Made by a program: the position numbers and the translations under genes
Part shown: one piece after another, positions 47,672 through 57,330 of the stretch
Layout of the letters: each line of letters opens with the position of its first letter
How positions within the stretch are numbered: position 1 is the stretch's first letter
The notes under the pieces: model-generated
Databases searched by the model: none
What the model was told of the DNA's origin: nothing
Seen by the model: the letters and a program-made list of their open reading frames with translations, nothing else
Source of the DNA: a virus
IMG/VR virus record: IMGVR_UViG_3300042332_000818
Location: 32,001 to 96,000 of that record
DNA: 64,000 nt
Strand: one strand, 5' to 3'

Positions 47672-48790
47672 CTGTTGAACTGGCAATTTAACAACAAAGT
47701 CTGCTTGGATAGCATCACTCTTGATAAGTCTTTGAATAGAGTTAGGTAAAGAATCAACATACTCTTGTAGCATTTTCTTACTAATCAAGTCAAAGGCATA
47801 CTCATCTTCTGTAAAGATTTCAGGTTTCTTTAATTCTTTAAGCGCATGCTCATAAAATTCTGCAGCGGTGAATCCTGCATATTTTGTAGTATTAGAGTTT
47901 TCTACAAAGTACCTAACATCCTTAATTCTTCTATTTTGTTCTAGTTTCCACAAAGGAATTTTATCCATGATATACCACAGATAAAACGGTTTTTCTTCAT
48001 GATCAGAATTAGCTAAAAGAATTGAAGCTAATGTTAAATCTTCATTAGTTCCAGAAAACATTTGAATGATTGTGTTCACAGATTCTTTATCAAGAATCGT
48101 CATAGACTCACAATATTTGTTTTCAAAGTTTTCGGCAGAGATGATCTTTATCTTATTCTTTGCTGCATAATACAGCATGTTCAAAAGATAACCAGAGAAT
48201 ACTAGTGTTTCTTCATCTACTCTCTCCATTAACCCATCAGTACCCTGAGTTAATGAATATGTTCCATTTGGAGATATGTAAACACTACCTCTAGTTTTAT
48301 CCGGTAATTTATTTTTCGGATAGATTGAAGCATTATCTACAATAAAATGATGATCACTATGAGAAATTAATGTATTACCACTAAAGCTATCTTTATCGTT
48401 ATTGTTAGGTATAGTAAAATCTATATTAGATCTATAACTATATACATGTGTAAAATAAATATCTTGTGGAAATACTATAACACTAGCGGTATCATAAGTC
48501 TTACTAATCTTAGCTCCTTGTTTTTCAATAGCATCTTTCAGCTTCATAGCTGACATCTTATTACCAGGGACAAAGAAAACTTTATCACCAGATACAATGT
48601 CATCATTAGAAGAAGTCATCTTATTCAAAAGCTTTAGACCAACTTCAAGAGTCAATCTATAAACTTTATGAAAAAAAGGATTATGATAATTGTCTCTATT
48701 TTTCTTTACAAAATATACTTCGGAGATGTGGTTGCCCAGTGCCGCTTTGACACTGGGATCAACCTCACCAAACTGGTTAAATGTAATCAT
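47660..48790 (-). CDS. Hypothetical protein, possible BRCT-like domain
   Basis: 'KVFFVPGNKMSAMKLKDAIEKQGAKISKTYDTASVIVF' resembles BRCT. It lies directly downstream of the MoxR ATPase. Confidence 0.5.
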   Translation of the reverse strand: MITFNQFGEVDPSVKAALGNHISEVYFVKKNRDNYHNPFFHKVYRLTLEVGLKLLNKMTSSNDDIVSGDKVFFVPGNKMSAMKLKDAIEKQGAKISKTYDTASVIVFPQDIYFTHVYSYRSNIDFTIPNNNDKDSFSGNTLISHSDHHFIVDNASIYPKNKLPDKTRGSVYISPNGTYSLTQGTDGLMERVDEETLVFSGYLLNMLYYAAKNKIKIISAENFENKYCESMTILDKESVNTIIQMFSGTNEDLTLASILLANSDHEEKPFYLWYIMDKIPLWKLEQNRRIKDVRYFVENSNTTKYAGFTAAEFYEHALKELKKPEIFTEDEYAFDLISKKMLQEYVDSLPNSIQRLIKSDAIQADFVVKLPVQQGVE

Positions 48791-49992
48791 TAGCTGATAG
48801 TCATTTTAACAATTTCAGGATTCATTAGAAGTTTCTGGAACTTCGTACGGTTACCATTTACAATTTCTCGTACAAGAGTGTACTTAAGATCATTTGTAAA
48901 TAGGTCTTCAGTCATTAGATCAGACAGTCTATCAAGAACCTTTTGGTTAATAGCAGATTTCTCCGCATTGATAAGATTGTAGTTAATCAAACGACGTGTG
49001 ATTACAGATGCGATATCTGCACGGTAGTTATCTTCCTTACCAATAACACCAGTCAGCTGTCCTTTTACAGAAGACCAGTCGTCCATAGACATTACTTTCT
49101 CAGGAGTAATGATCTTGTCAAGACGGTTATTGATAAACATGGTAAACATTGTTGCAAACTCAGCTCCAACAGAACCCTCACCAATCATTTGGATAAGAGG
49201 TAACTGATCTTCAAAGTTCTCAATACTAGAGATAGAGTTGAAGAAAGTAGTAATACTACGAGCATTAGTTTCTTGAGTAACGAGCTCTGGATGCATTAGT
49301 AAGAAGTTGATGCAACGACCGTCAACACCATCTTCTTCTGCCCATTTAGCCCATACATCAACATCAAACTTAAGATTAGCAGTAATGAAACGAGTGCGTT
49401 GTGCACTGTCAATACTATTAACCATGTAGTCACCATTATCAGGATTACTAGTCAAGATAATGTGCCAGTTCTTTGGAAGCTTCCAAGAGATATAAGTCTG
49501 ACGATCAACAAGTTCCATTACAGCTTGAATGAAACGGGTATCGGCACGGTTCCAGTCATCAAGAAGAAGGATACCACCATCTTCTTTACCTGCAATCCAT
49601 TCAGGTGCAGCATAAGACATACGAGTTTTACCCGTGTCTTTAAAACCAGCTTTGAGATACTCTTGAAAAGATACTTCATTAACCCATGCGGTACGTGGAG
49701 TACGTACTTCATTAGGATTAGATGTGGTCATCTTTTCTTGAATTTGATATTGTACAATTGGAAAACCAACGAGGTCACCCAATTCTTCAATCTGAGCAAG
49801 GTTCAGCTTTACAAAGTTTAGTCCGAGCTCTTCTGCAACTTGGATGATGGTAGAAGTCTTACCAATACCCGAGTCACCAACAACCTCAACAGCAACAGGA
49901 TTCTTACCCTGAGCTTGGATTACTTGGTTGTTAGATACAATATGACGGAGGAAGTCTTTTACCTCGTTGATATTAAGATTTACTTGTGCCAT
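48790..49992 (-). CDS. MoxR-like AAA+ ATPase
   Basis: Likely start MAQVNL at 49992. Walker A GDSGIGKT, 'EELGDLVGFP', Walker B LLLDDWNRA, TSNP and AQRTRF. Confidence 0.85.
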   Translation of the reverse strand: MAQVNLNINEVKDFLRHIVSNNQVIQAQGKNPVAVEVVGDSGIGKTSTIIQVAEELGLNFVKLNLAQIEELGDLVGFPIVQYQIQEKMTTSNPNEVRTPRTAWVNEVSFQEYLKAGFKDTGKTRMSYAAPEWIAGKEDGGILLLDDWNRADTRFIQAVMELVDRQTYISWKLPKNWHIILTSNPDNGDYMVNSIDSAQRTRFITANLKFDVDVWAKWAEEDGVDGRCINFLLMHPELVTQETNARSITTFFNSISSIENFEDQLPLIQMIGEGSVGAEFATMFTMFINNRLDKIITPEKVMSMDDWSSVKGQLTGVIGKEDNYRADIASVITRRLINYNLINAEKSAINQKVLDRLSDLMTEDLFTNDLKYTLVREIVNGNRTKFQKLLMNPEIVKMTIS

Positions 49993-49993
49993 T

Positions 49994-51142
49994 TTAATTA
50001 AGTTGAATTTTGAAACCAGGTAGATCCTGATTAATTGTACATTTTGAAGAATGAACCCATAAGATTTTACAACGAACATTGTCCGGAGAATTACATTCAC
50101 CATCGGTGAAGTAAATAATAGAAGTATACTTCTTAGAATTTTTGTTATAGTGATCTATAACTGGCTGGAAGTCAGTACCACCACGACCTTTAATCTGGAA
50201 TTCCTTCTTTGGATTAAATGGTTCTGGATCATATATGTGACTATCACACTGTACTACAGTAATCTCTGTACCTGTCTTATAAATGTGATTCATCTCAGAC
50301 AAGAACTCTTTCAGCTCACCGCTACTTACAGAACCAGAAGTATCTACAGCAAGCAATACATGATTCCGCATTTTAATTTTTAATGCGGGGTTACCATCAT
50401 ATCGCTTGTTAGGCTTACGTCTAGTCTTTTTAGTATAGATCTTATTACTGTTACCAGCAAATCTGCGTAGATAACTTTTCCAGTCAAACTTGGCAGGCTC
50501 TTGGTGAAAGATATTGTTTATGAGCTCTTTAAATTGACCGGGGATATTACCACGATCCTTTATATTCTCTACAACATCTTTAAGCTGATGCTCAACTTGT
50601 TTCTGAATAAGTTTCTTTTCTGCATCAGTAAGCTCACCAATACCTTCTTCCCATGTAAAGTGAAAGTCACCTTCACCTAGCATCTCATCAAGCTGTGGGG
50701 ATGTACCATCCTCATGTGCTTGTTGAAGAAGTTTGTAGTACTTATCTGTACCGGCTCTCACTGGAAGATTAAGTTCTGGAAATGTATCCAAGAAGATACC
50801 ATTCTCAGGAAGCCAATCTCTATCAATGTATTGATTGATCTCAAGATCAGCCGCAATATTGAAGAGCTTTTTATCTTGATAGTTATCTCTAGTTACAAGG
50901 TGATTAAACGCAATGTGCATCAACTCGTGAATCAGAACACCTTTTTTGACATCGTCATTAAGGCTAGCCCAAAATTCTGGATTGATTGCAAGCTGCTGGT
51001 TAATACCGCTGATAGAGACACCCGCTGTTGGTAAGTCATTACGCCAAACCTTATTCAATGAAATCAAAAACAGCCCGTAAAAGGGCTGCTCAAGTATCAA
51101 TGTTTTAGAAATTTTAGCTAGACTTTGGTTCTTGTCTACCAT
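49994..51142 (-). CDS. Metallopeptidase-vWA protein (DUF2201-like)
   Basis: HELMH zincin motif, NIAADLEINQ, MIDAS DTSGS, GRGGTDF and YFTDG. Confidence 0.88.
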   Translation of the reverse strand: MVDKNQSLAKISKTLILEQPFYGLFLISLNKVWRNDLPTAGVSISGINQQLAINPEFWASLNDDVKKGVLIHELMHIAFNHLVTRDNYQDKKLFNIAADLEINQYIDRDWLPENGIFLDTFPELNLPVRAGTDKYYKLLQQAHEDGTSPQLDEMLGEGDFHFTWEEGIGELTDAEKKLIQKQVEHQLKDVVENIKDRGNIPGQFKELINNIFHQEPAKFDWKSYLRRFAGNSNKIYTKKTRRKPNKRYDGNPALKIKMRNHVLLAVDTSGSVSSGELKEFLSEMNHIYKTGTEITVVQCDSHIYDPEPFNPKKEFQIKGRGGTDFQPVIDHYNKNSKKYTSIIYFTDGECNSPDNVRCKILWVHSSKCTINQDLPGFKIQLN

Positions 51143-51549
51143 TTGATTTTAAATTGGATCTCCTCAATAAAGTCATAACCGTAGTTAGAAAGAGTCTTGA
51201 GAAGAGAAGTAGAGAACTGACGAGAAACAAAATCTTGCTGCTCTTCAGTAACCTTACCCTTCATACTCTTGTAAAGACCGGTAACATTTAGTGAGTATTT
51301 GTCTTTCAAATTTTCACAAAATGAGCAGCTATTAGGAGCAAACTGATTCCAGAGAGCTCGTTTTTTTACATCACAACTACGATATAAAAACAGGATATAG
51401 ACAAAGTTGTCTTCATAATCCATATTCTCAATGATTTGAAAAGCAATCTTTTGATTCTCAATATCACTAGAACTAATAATCTCTAAGAGATTGTAATAAT
51501 AAGGTTCGTCAATCTTTAGTCTTCTATCTTCAGAGTTTTGCGCATCCAT
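51136..51549 (-). CDS. Hypothetical protein
   Basis: 137-aa ORF in the operon, overlapping its neighbours. Confidence 0.6.
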   Translation of the reverse strand: MDAQNSEDRRLKIDEPYYYNLLEIISSSDIENQKIAFQIIENMDYEDNFVYILFLYRSCDVKKRALWNQFAPNSCSFCENLKDKYSLNVTGLYKSMKGKVTEEQQDFVSRQFSTSLLKTLSNYGYDFIEEIQFKIKW

Positions 51550-51857
51550 TCTTTAGGGGTATTAAAATTATCAATCCATTCTTTAGCTGAGGGAATCTTA
51601 CCATAGCAGTCTTCTTTGACATGCTGTTCACCTACATAACGAGTGTATACAGTCTTACCATCTGAATTAACAAATGATACACCGAATATCTTTTCACACT
51701 CAAATATTCCTTCACTGTGATGACGGAATAATCTATGGGCACTATGACCCAGCCACCCTTTGGTTTCATCAAACCAATTGTGAATATGTAAGTAATCTTC
51801 TGGCTGACCTCCCCATTTCTTTACTGAGCTTTTAGCATGCTCACAGGGATGTGCCAT
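51516..51857 (-). CDS. His-rich conserved protein (DUF6915-like)
   Basis: 'MAHP..HAKSS.KKWGG.PEDY..IH.WFD...HR..RHH.EG...EQHV.ED'. Confidence 0.7.
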   Translation of the reverse strand: MAHPCEHAKSSVKKWGGQPEDYLHIHNWFDETKGWLGHSAHRLFRHHSEGIFECEKIFGVSFVNSDGKTVYTRYVGEQHVKEDCYGKIPSAKEWIDNFNTPKEWMRKTLKIED

Positions 51858-51858
51858 A

Positions 51859-52254
51859 TTAATCTTCTTTTAAATCTAGAATAGTTCCTTCAATACTTTC
51901 TGATGAAACGGTTCTGTAATTAGCGTTGATCTCATAAGTAGCATCTTTAAGATCAATATCTACATATCCAAAACCACCATCATCATTATACCAGTCTCCA
52001 ATTTGATCATCAAAGTGTTTGTCAAATACTTCAGAAAGCATTTCATATTCTTCACCTTCTGCATTATCGTGGTAGACATAACCTTCACCAAAAAACTCTA
52101 TATCACTAATATCACCGCTGTCACCAGCACCGTCATAGTTGATTCTGATATAACGTATATCTTCTAAATATTTTGAAGCAAAGTAAGCTTTAACTTCATC
52201 TAATGATGTTGACATATACTCCAGGATTTTTTTTATCATATGAGTATGGTTCAA
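51859..52254 (-). CDS. Acidic protein (DUF6878-like)
   Basis: 'INYDGAGDSGDI...DWYNDDGGFG'. The true start may be the internal MST. Confidence 0.65.
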   Translation of the reverse strand: MNHTHMIKKILEYMSTSLDEVKAYFASKYLEDIRYIRINYDGAGDSGDISDIEFFGEGYVYHDNAEGEEYEMLSEVFDKHFDDQIGDWYNDDGGFGYVDIDLKDATYEINANYRTVSSESIEGTILDLKED

Positions 52255-52564
52255 ACACTGGTATCACTATAGAAGCATTATCATCTTCTAACCACCCATG
52301 TTTTACCATCTCATCTTGAATTGTTTGAGCAGGGTTCAGGTAATCAAACTCATGTTTGCTACCACGAACGAACCGCATGGATAATTTGTATGGCTTCTCC
52401 AATCCATCTAGCTTTTGTAGAAACTCTGCTTTGTGTTGTATCCAAAACGGTTCTGTTTCTTTACGCCACTTCTGTACTGCTTTACTTGCAATAAAGAATC
52501 TACCTGTCCAAACTCTAGAATTTTTAGAGCTCGGAACATTGCCAGGGATGAAGATATCACTCAT
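52196..52564 (-). CDS. RusA-like Holliday junction resolvase
   Basis: 'IPGNVPSSKN', 'FDYLN..Q..QD.MV..GWLEDDN' and 'KNPGVYV'. Confidence 0.75.
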   Translation of the reverse strand: MSDIFIPGNVPSSKNSRVWTGRFFIASKAVQKWRKETEPFWIQHKAEFLQKLDGLEKPYKLSMRFVRGSKHEFDYLNPAQTIQDEMVKHGWLEDDNASIVIPVFEPYSYDKKNPGVYVNIIR

Positions 52565-53526
52565 ACGTTAATAGTTGCACTTAAAATTCTTTCAAGAGTA
52601 TTCTTTACACTCTCTTGTCCGTCTCTAGCTACAGCATCAGAAACATCTTTTGCTGTTGGATAGAAACATCCATTAATACCTAATTCAGTTTTGTATCTCT
52701 CAATTGCTTTGATACCGGCTTCATCATTATCAAACAATGTAATAATCTTTTTGTACTTTCTTTTGAGTACATCAACATACATTGGTTTGATTACCGTGTT
52801 CTCACTGTCTGGGGCAATAACTTCTAGTTTAAAACCCATAGCATCTAAGCACATTGCATCCTTTAGTGAGGAGCAAATAACCAAGATGTCGGATTCATAC
52901 TTAAGCTGTTCAATACCCTGAACATGATCAGCAACTTTGAAAAACTTCCGCTTAGGATTCTTAGGACTGTATATCTTGTATAAGGTTCCAGTCATACTGA
53001 AGTAACCATACGTAATGATACTAGGAGCAAAGTCTAATGTCTTATCTCCATTATTCATTCTGTATGACTTCAAGGGCTTTACATTATATCTTTCAAGCTG
53101 TCTGCGGGATATACCATACTGAGACCAATACTTAGCATCATTATCAATCCAGTTACGGGTTTCAAATGATTCTACTGTATAAGATCTCTGCGGGTTTATC
53201 TCAACAGCACTATCTATTCCAGAAGCTTTTGCTTTAGAATAGTCTTCCATTATTCTACTAATGGCAGCCTTGAAACTTATATTGTAAAGCTTTGACACAA
53301 GATCATAAGCACTACCTCCTTCACCACTAGAGAAATCTTTGAATCTGTATTCACGTTTAGAATGATCATACCAGAGTGTCATACTCGGAGTACGTTCATG
53401 TTTAAACACAGATAAAAGCTTTACTTGTTGACCGTGAAGTCTTTCAGATAGATTTAAATAATACTCAAAGATCCATGTTATTGGAACCTGCTTGATATCC
53501 GTTATGACATGTTTAGTACTGAGCAT
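52561..53526 (-). CDS. dnaG: DNA primase (TOPRIM)
   Basis: Likely start MLSTKH at 53526. Motifs 'ERTPS...FKDFSSG', 'SSLKDAM' and 'LFDNDEAG...KDVSD'. Confidence 0.85.
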   Translation of the reverse strand: MLSTKHVITDIKQVPITWIFEYYLNLSERLHGQQVKLLSVFKHERTPSMTLWYDHSKREYRFKDFSSGEGGSAYDLVSKLYNISFKAAISRIMEDYSKAKASGIDSAVEINPQRSYTVESFETRNWIDNDAKYWSQYGISRRQLERYNVKPLKSYRMNNGDKTLDFAPSIITYGYFSMTGTLYKIYSPKNPKRKFFKVADHVQGIEQLKYESDILVICSSLKDAMCLDAMGFKLEVIAPDSENTVIKPMYVDVLKRKYKKIITLFDNDEAGIKAIERYKTELGINGCFYPTAKDVSDAVARDGQESVKNTLERILSATINV

Positions 53527-53534
53527 ACCCAAAA

Positions 53535-53566
53535 GTAAAAAGAAAAGGGGTGGAAATCCACCCCTT
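53535..53566 (-). terminator. Intrinsic terminator/attenuator between the SSB-like gene and the primase
   Basis: The minus strand reads AAGGGGTGGA-TT-TCCACCCCTT followed by a T-rich run. Confidence 0.65.
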
Positions 53567-53587
53567 ATCAATTTATCTTAAAGAATC

Positions 53588-54277
53588 TTACCAATCAAGA
53601 TCATCATCCTGTGCAACAGGAGCTGCCGAAGGTTGTGATTCTTGAACAAGAGCACTCTTTACTTTCTCTGGAACATATAGATGAGTTGCTTCATCATATG
53701 CGGGAACAATGTTTTCTTCAGCGTCAGCGCTTTGGAAAGCACGTCCTTTCTTCAAGTAAGGAAAAGAGTAGTTAGTACGAAGCTTACCTTCTTTGTTCAA
53801 GTACTTAGAACCTCCAACAAGAACGTTCAATTTAGATTTTGCTGAACGGAAGATATGGGATACTGCTTGTACATACTCTTGAAGAGTAGCTGCATCTACC
53901 TCGTCTACATCATTACGTACACCAAGCTCATCAGCTAAGTGAGCAATAGTTTTCATAATTTGAGCATCACGGTCAATATAAGTACCGTCAGCAAGAGTTT
54001 TAGACTCAAACTTAAACGGACTAGTTGCAACACGTGACATTGGACCAGGAAAAGTTCCCTTATTAGGGTTATCCATATCAATTGGCCATCCCTCAAAGTT
54101 TGAATCATTAGACTTACCTACAAGAGTAAGTACAAGTTCCATTTGCTCAGCGTTGTATGGCATTGAACGTAGCTCAATTCCGTATACACGAACAGTGTGG
54201 TTACCAAGACCAAGGTTCTTATCAGGACCGATCTCTTTCTTAGGGGTGGTATCAATACCTTTAGTTGAAAATGACAT
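53588..54277 (-). CDS. Putative single-stranded DNA-binding protein
   Basis: Follows the AAA_24 ATPase and ends in the acidic-aromatic tail 'QDDDLDW'. Confidence 0.55.
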   Translation of the reverse strand: MSFSTKGIDTTPKKEIGPDKNLGLGNHTVRVYGIELRSMPYNAEQMELVLTLVGKSNDSNFEGWPIDMDNPNKGTFPGPMSRVATSPFKFESKTLADGTYIDRDAQIMKTIAHLADELGVRNDVDEVDAATLQEYVQAVSHIFRSAKSKLNVLVGGSKYLNKEGKLRTNYSFPYLKKGRAFQSADAEENIVPAYDEATHLYVPEKVKSALVQESQPSAAPVAQDDDLDW

Positions 54278-54279
54278 AA

Positions 54280-54969
54280 TTAATTTTCGTAGTTAATAAT
54301 TGCTTCTCTTACAAATTGAAGATCATTAGAGATCTCTTTAGAATCAAACATATCCATTGGAGACTTACAGGTATTCTCACCGTTCGTCTCAGTTTCAAAT
54401 AGATAATCAATTCCTTCTTTAGTTTTCTTTGCTTTTGCAAATAGAACTATAGAAAAGAGTCCCTCAAGTGTCAGCACATTGTCAATCATCTTACCGATTG
54501 TTTTAGCTTTCACTTTGCGGTTACCGTCCGTATCATATGCTTCTTCAGCATGTGTCAGGAAGTAAACCATTAAGTCATCACGCAGTGTGATAGGAGCTGT
54601 GGCAATATCACTCATTGACTTAGCCAATTGAGTAAACTTGTCATAACCCTTTTCATTTGCGCGAGCAAAGTATTCAAATGCAAACAAGTACTGGAAATCA
54701 TCAATCACGAAATTTTTGATCTCTGTACGCTCATTCACTCTTGCGAACACTTTACCTAATTTGGAAAAGTTTACCCTGCCGTCATCACCTACAATGTCTG
54801 TAAGTGAAAGGAGATTCTTATTCTCAGCAGAGTATTTACTCTTCCAACCTTTAAAAGGCAAAGGTTTGTTTGCCGTATTAAAGATTACCGTTTCTGCAGG
54901 ATTCAAATTACGAATACCTGTAGACTTACCACTACCAGATTCACCAATAATCAATACTGAATGTGCCAT
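54280..54969 (-). CDS. AAA_24 / Sak4-like recombination ATPase
   Basis: GESGSGKS, NKPLPF, VIDDFQY, KTIGKM and CKSPMDMF. Confidence 0.85.
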   Translation of the reverse strand: MAHSVLIIGESGSGKSTGIRNLNPAETVIFNTANKPLPFKGWKSKYSAENKNLLSLTDIVGDDGRVNFSKLGKVFARVNERTEIKNFVIDDFQYLFAFEYFARANEKGYDKFTQLAKSMSDIATAPITLRDDLMVYFLTHAEEAYDTDGNRKVKAKTIGKMIDNVLTLEGLFSIVLFAKAKKTKEGIDYLFETETNGENTCKSPMDMFDSKEISNDLQFVREAIINYEN

Positions 54970-55541
54970 TACTTCAAAGTTTTAAGAGCTTCAACTAAAT
55001 CTCCCAATGTTGCTTGCATCAGAGGTTTATCAAAGATACTACTTAAACTTTTAAAGTTTAGCTCTGGTTGATAACTTGAAGCATTTGCTTGACTATGAGT
55101 AGTGTGGGCTACCCTAAAGCTTTCCGGTTGATCAAGACTAATCCTTACTGGTTGGTCAAGATTAACTTTTGCTGGGGTATAGTCCATTACCATGATAAGT
55201 TCATCTGTTGGGATAGCAAAGCTTTCACCATCAGTGCTGGTTGGAATAGCATGCTCATCAGGATATCCATTATGAACAAGCTTATACAACTCTCTTTTAT
55301 CACTCTTTGGGCCCCAAGTACCATCATCATGTTTACGAGCAAACTCAAAGTAAGCAGCATGTGTACGTGCCATTTGCTCAAGCTCTTTCTTAAACAGGAA
55401 GATGTATCTACCAGAACCAATTTGTGGTTTGTTGCCCTCTAGTACGGGCTTAAAGAAGCAATTATCAATGTCTTCTCCAAAATTTGCTAGTGTTTGTGCG
55501 TGGAAGTATAACGCTTCCTTTTTAAATTCAACGTGTGTCAT
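54969..55541 (-). CDS. Hypothetical protein
   Basis: 190-aa ORF, TAATG-coupled. Confidence 0.65.
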   Translation of the reverse strand: MTHVEFKKEALYFHAQTLANFGEDIDNCFFKPVLEGNKPQIGSGRYIFLFKKELEQMARTHAAYFEFARKHDDGTWGPKSDKRELYKLVHNGYPDEHAIPTSTDGESFAIPTDELIMVMDYTPAKVNLDQPVRISLDQPESFRVAHTTHSQANASSYQPELNFKSLSSIFDKPLMQATLGDLVEALKTLK

Positions 55542-56509
55542 TAAAACAGATTTTCTTTACAATTAGGAGTATCCATTTCCTCTAATGACATAGTGGAACC
55601 TTCAAACTTAAACCAGAGTAACTGACCGGCTTCACCATCACGATTCTTAATCATATGAAATACCGTGTCATACCGTGTGGTAATCTGATATCTCATCGGA
55701 CCGTAGTATCTGATGTTGAACATTCCGGGTCTGTTAGCTCCAATAAGTATGTCAGCATGCTGCATTAAAGCATCTGAGCCCATTATGTCGGATGATGTAA
55801 TAAAGTTACCAGGAGAACCGTCAACGTTTCTCTCTGGTCTTTCTATATTACGGTTTAGCTGTGCCAACAGGATAAAGATTAAATCATACTTATTCTTCAT
55901 CTCTGTTATCATAGCTGCTAACTCAATCAGTGTATCCCGTTCTGTAGATTTAGAATTTCTAAGAACAAGACCTGCGTGATCAAGAGTGTACAGAACCTTT
56001 TTACCTGGAAACTTTACACCGCAATGGTATTCTATTTCTTTACGTAGTGATTCAACCGTTAGAGGTCTACTAACTACGTATGGTAAAGGAAGATTCTTTA
56101 CAATGTTTTGAGCGTTTAGTTTGATCTTCTCAAAGTCAGAGTCAGATAACCCTGCTTTTGATTGGATTTTACTATATGGCATGTTAGTATAGCCAGCAAG
56201 CTGACGGATTACATGTCGTACAGGAGGTAGTTCAAACTGAAACTCAACAACTTCAAACTGGGTGTTTGGATTTAAATGGTGAGCTAAACGTATAATCTGA
56301 TCTTTAATAGCAGTCTTACCAACACTGGAACGTGCGGCAATAACAACCATTGTCTTCCATTCAAAGCCATCTAGGGTTTCGTTATTTAACTTTTCCCAAG
56401 GTGTTTTAAATGAAGTAATTAGACCAGCTTTACGATCTTTAATATGTTTGATTGCCTGCTTATAATACTCCGATTGGTGTATTGCAGATGATTCAAAAAA
56501 TTCACTCAT
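55541..56509 (-). CDS. dnaB: DnaB-like replicative helicase
   Basis: AARSSVGKT, LDH, LAQLNR, GSDALMQHAD and KNRDG. Confidence 0.88.
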   Translation of the reverse strand: MSEFFESSAIHQSEYYKQAIKHIKDRKAGLITSFKTPWEKLNNETLDGFEWKTMVVIAARSSVGKTAIKDQIIRLAHHLNPNTQFEVVEFQFELPPVRHVIRQLAGYTNMPYSKIQSKAGLSDSDFEKIKLNAQNIVKNLPLPYVVSRPLTVESLRKEIEYHCGVKFPGKKVLYTLDHAGLVLRNSKSTERDTLIELAAMITEMKNKYDLIFILLAQLNRNIERPERNVDGSPGNFITSSDIMGSDALMQHADILIGANRPGMFNIRYYGPMRYQITTRYDTVFHMIKNRDGEAGQLLWFKFEGSTMSLEEMDTPNCKENLF

Positions 56510-57110
56510 ACAGATTTGGGTCTGAAGAAGTCTGGTACAAAGTCATCATCAGATGTGCTATCACGAGATTCAATCTCAGCAGCAAGTCTTGATTTACTCA
56601 TACCTCCTTCCATTTTATAAATAAAAGTCTTAGACCCTAACATGTAGTCCATATTATCTCTGTGACCATTGATATATTTTTGTGTGACCTCAAATATTAT
56701 ATTCCATTCTTCATTGGGGTAATCAGTGAAGAACTTATTAAAAGCCTGAACAACCTCTTTGATAGGATCTCTTAGAGGATATTTACGACCATTAATAATA
56801 CGGTTTACTTTAGGCCAGAGACTCTGGTATTTGTCTACATTATCAAGGAAACTAGGATCCTTAGTAAGATCTCTTTTGGTTTGACTCTTTAAAAACAACC
56901 CAATTGTCTGATCCAATAAAGCTTTACCCTTTGTACTGAGGATAGGTTTCCTGTCAACAATACTGACCAAGTCTCTAGAGATCATATCTCTTATGCTTAA
57001 ATCTCTTTTAATCCTTTCGGGAGCAATGTGGTTAATGGATATTGTATACAATACCATCAATTCATTTGGGGTAATGTCATGCTTTACGCATAATTTGTAT
57101 AGTCCCTCCA
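56506..57110 (-). CDS. Putative replication initiator / helicase-loader-like protein
   Basis: Likely start MEGLYK near 57110 rather than 57231. wHTH-like N-terminus and 'YQSLWP'. Lies upstream of dnaB. Confidence 0.5.
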
Positions 57111-57201
57111 TTGAAATATCAGAATTATGTGTTATTTTATAAGTGAGGGGGTAGACCCTTAAGGTATTGCAAGATACGAAATGTTTGGCTTGCGAGCCAG
57201 C

Positions 57202-57315
57202 CAGGACTCCACCTTGCAACCACCGTGGCAAAGTACCGTGGTGGTGGTCGTATTGTAAATTGTCTTCTTAATAGCAGGGGCTTTCTTCACTTTCTCAAAG
57301 AGCGACGGGGTCCTG
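57202..57315 (+). ncRNA. Candidate structured RNA / 5' leader upstream of the spanin-like operon
   Basis: Closing stem CAGGACTCC/GGGGTCCTG and inner stem ACCACCGTGG/CCGTGGTGGT, with G-U pairs that only form on the + strand. Confidence 0.45.
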
Positions 57316-57330
57316 TGTTTTTATAAAACT

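Noticed and set aside
49993-50103. Extended starts in the ORF track (MoxR 50103; also 44162, 53571, 36734, 57789, 9160)
   Set aside because: They overlap upstream genes or terminators, or use non-ATG codons. Downstream ATGs fit better.
57111-57231. N-terminal extension of the 56506 ORF
   Set aside because: It uses a non-ATG start and runs through promoter-like and hairpin sequence. MEGLYK is the more plausible start.
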